From: Patescibacteria group bacterium
GTDB taxonomy: Bacteria; Patescibacteriota; Minisyncoccia; Phycocordibacterales; PALSA-1337
Direction: 5' to 3'
DNA: 64,000 nt
NCBI GenBank assembly: GCA_038065395.1
Contig: JBBTRB010000003.1
Span: 85,800-149,799 of the forward strand
Made by a program: the position numbers and the translations under genes. Positions 63,288 through 64,000 of this stretch are shown here, piece by piece. The notes below the pieces were generated by a model that did no database searches, was not told the DNA's origin, and saw only the letters and a list, made by a program, of their open reading frames with translations. The number at the start of each line of letters is the position of its first letter. Within the stretch, counting starts at the first letter, position 1.

Positions 63288-64000
63288 CTAAGAGACATGA
63301 TATTTTTTACGGATCTCCTCGATGTCTTTTTTGTCTTCTTCCCTTTTTCGTTCGGCTCCAGCAGTTCCCAGTGCTTTCAAGGCTGTTTCATTCATAGAAG
63401 CGAGCTCTATAGCCCTTTTGTCTATGTATTCTGTAGTGTTGAGCTTCGGATCGGAGAGTATTTCGTCGAATATTGCATGCAGAATATAGCCCACCTTCGG
63501 TCCCGGGGCTAGATGTGTCACCTCCATGATGGCTTTACCGTCGCGTTTCATCATGGCGAGAGATATAGGGTCACGTAATGCTTCGTCTACCATGGCTTTG
63601 TACTTTCTCAGTCTATAAGGGTCTTCTTTTGGCCTACCTGTGCCGATTCGGTCGCAAATGCGTACATTCATCAGATCCCAGATGTTTTCATGGCCAACAT
63701 TGACGATCATCCTACGAACGGCAGACAAGTTTATCTGTTCAGTATCAGAGAAGAACATGTGCCAGCGTACCAATTTGACCACTTTCTCAATGATTACACG
63801 TGAAAACCTCATTCTCTCGAGTATTTTGCGTGTTTCACGTGAACCAACCACCTCGTGGCCGTAGAATGTGTATTGATTTGTCTCACGTGAAAACCTTCGG
63901 GTCTGTGGCTTGGCTATATCATGGAAGAGGGCCGCAAGACGAATATCTAGAGGCCACTCCTTGTCAGCGGCATGTTGTAGGCTACGCAAAAGGTGTTCCC
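63288..64000 (-). CDS. cca: CCA tRNA nucleotidyltransferase / HD-domain protein, C-terminal part (5' end outside window)
   Basis: RLAALFHDIAKP, FYGHEVVG, LVRWHM, G..IM....L.PGP.VG. Confidence 0.8.
   Translation of the reverse strand, partial: EHLLRSLQHAADKEWPLDIRLAALFHDIAKPQTRRFSRETNQYTFYGHEVVGSRETRKILERMRFSRVIIEKVVKLVRWHMFFSDTEQINLSAVRRMIVNVGHENIWDLMNVRICDRIGTGRPKEDPYRLRKYKAMVDEALRDPISLAMMKRDGKAIMEVTHLAPGPKVGYILHAIFDEILSDPKLNTTEYIDKRAIELASMNETALKALGTAGAERKREEDKKDIEEIRKKYHVS

Noticed and set aside
1-64000. CRISPR array
   Set aside because: The palindromic repeats are dispersed or paired, never a run of identical repeats with unique similar-length spacers; no cas genes.

Overview
A 64-kb chromosomal segment of a small-genome bacterium, most likely Patescibacteria/CPR (Parcubacteria-like). 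This rests on gene content: the pilMNO-like cluster, PilB and pilin; a chromosomal PrgI/VirB4/VirB6-like T4SS locus; short YebC and YidC; tRNAs without encoded CCA; and no biosynthetic metabolism. The standard genetic code is used (TGA terminates ruvA, ruvB and ruvC). The window spans the likely replication origin (dnaN-oriC-dnaA-rpmH-rnpA-yidC) plus repair, recombination, cell-wall and translation genes and four tRNAs. The most interesting signals are non-genic or hidden inside genes. (1) A 381-bp element has a stand-alone GIY-YIG nuclease gene bracketed by 28-bp palindromic terminal repeats; the window also holds two homologous 187-bp internally deleted copies, a 90-bp doublet, and three in-frame insertions of the same palindrome inside polA. 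(2) A ~168-nt multi-stem element occurs twice (upstream of dnaA and ksgA) with compensatory base changes, suggesting a structured RNA or mobile element. (3) An orphan PemK/MazF-like gene faces a convergent promoter and UUCG hairpin, a candidate RNA antitoxin. (4) A ~350-nt ORF-free unit between a promoter and a terminator is a candidate ncRNA. (5) A perfect 99-bp direct repeat flanks one T4SS gene. All protein calls come from motif recognition by eye; no database searches were run. Several start codons were moved downstream of the ORF-track start where a better ATG was evident.
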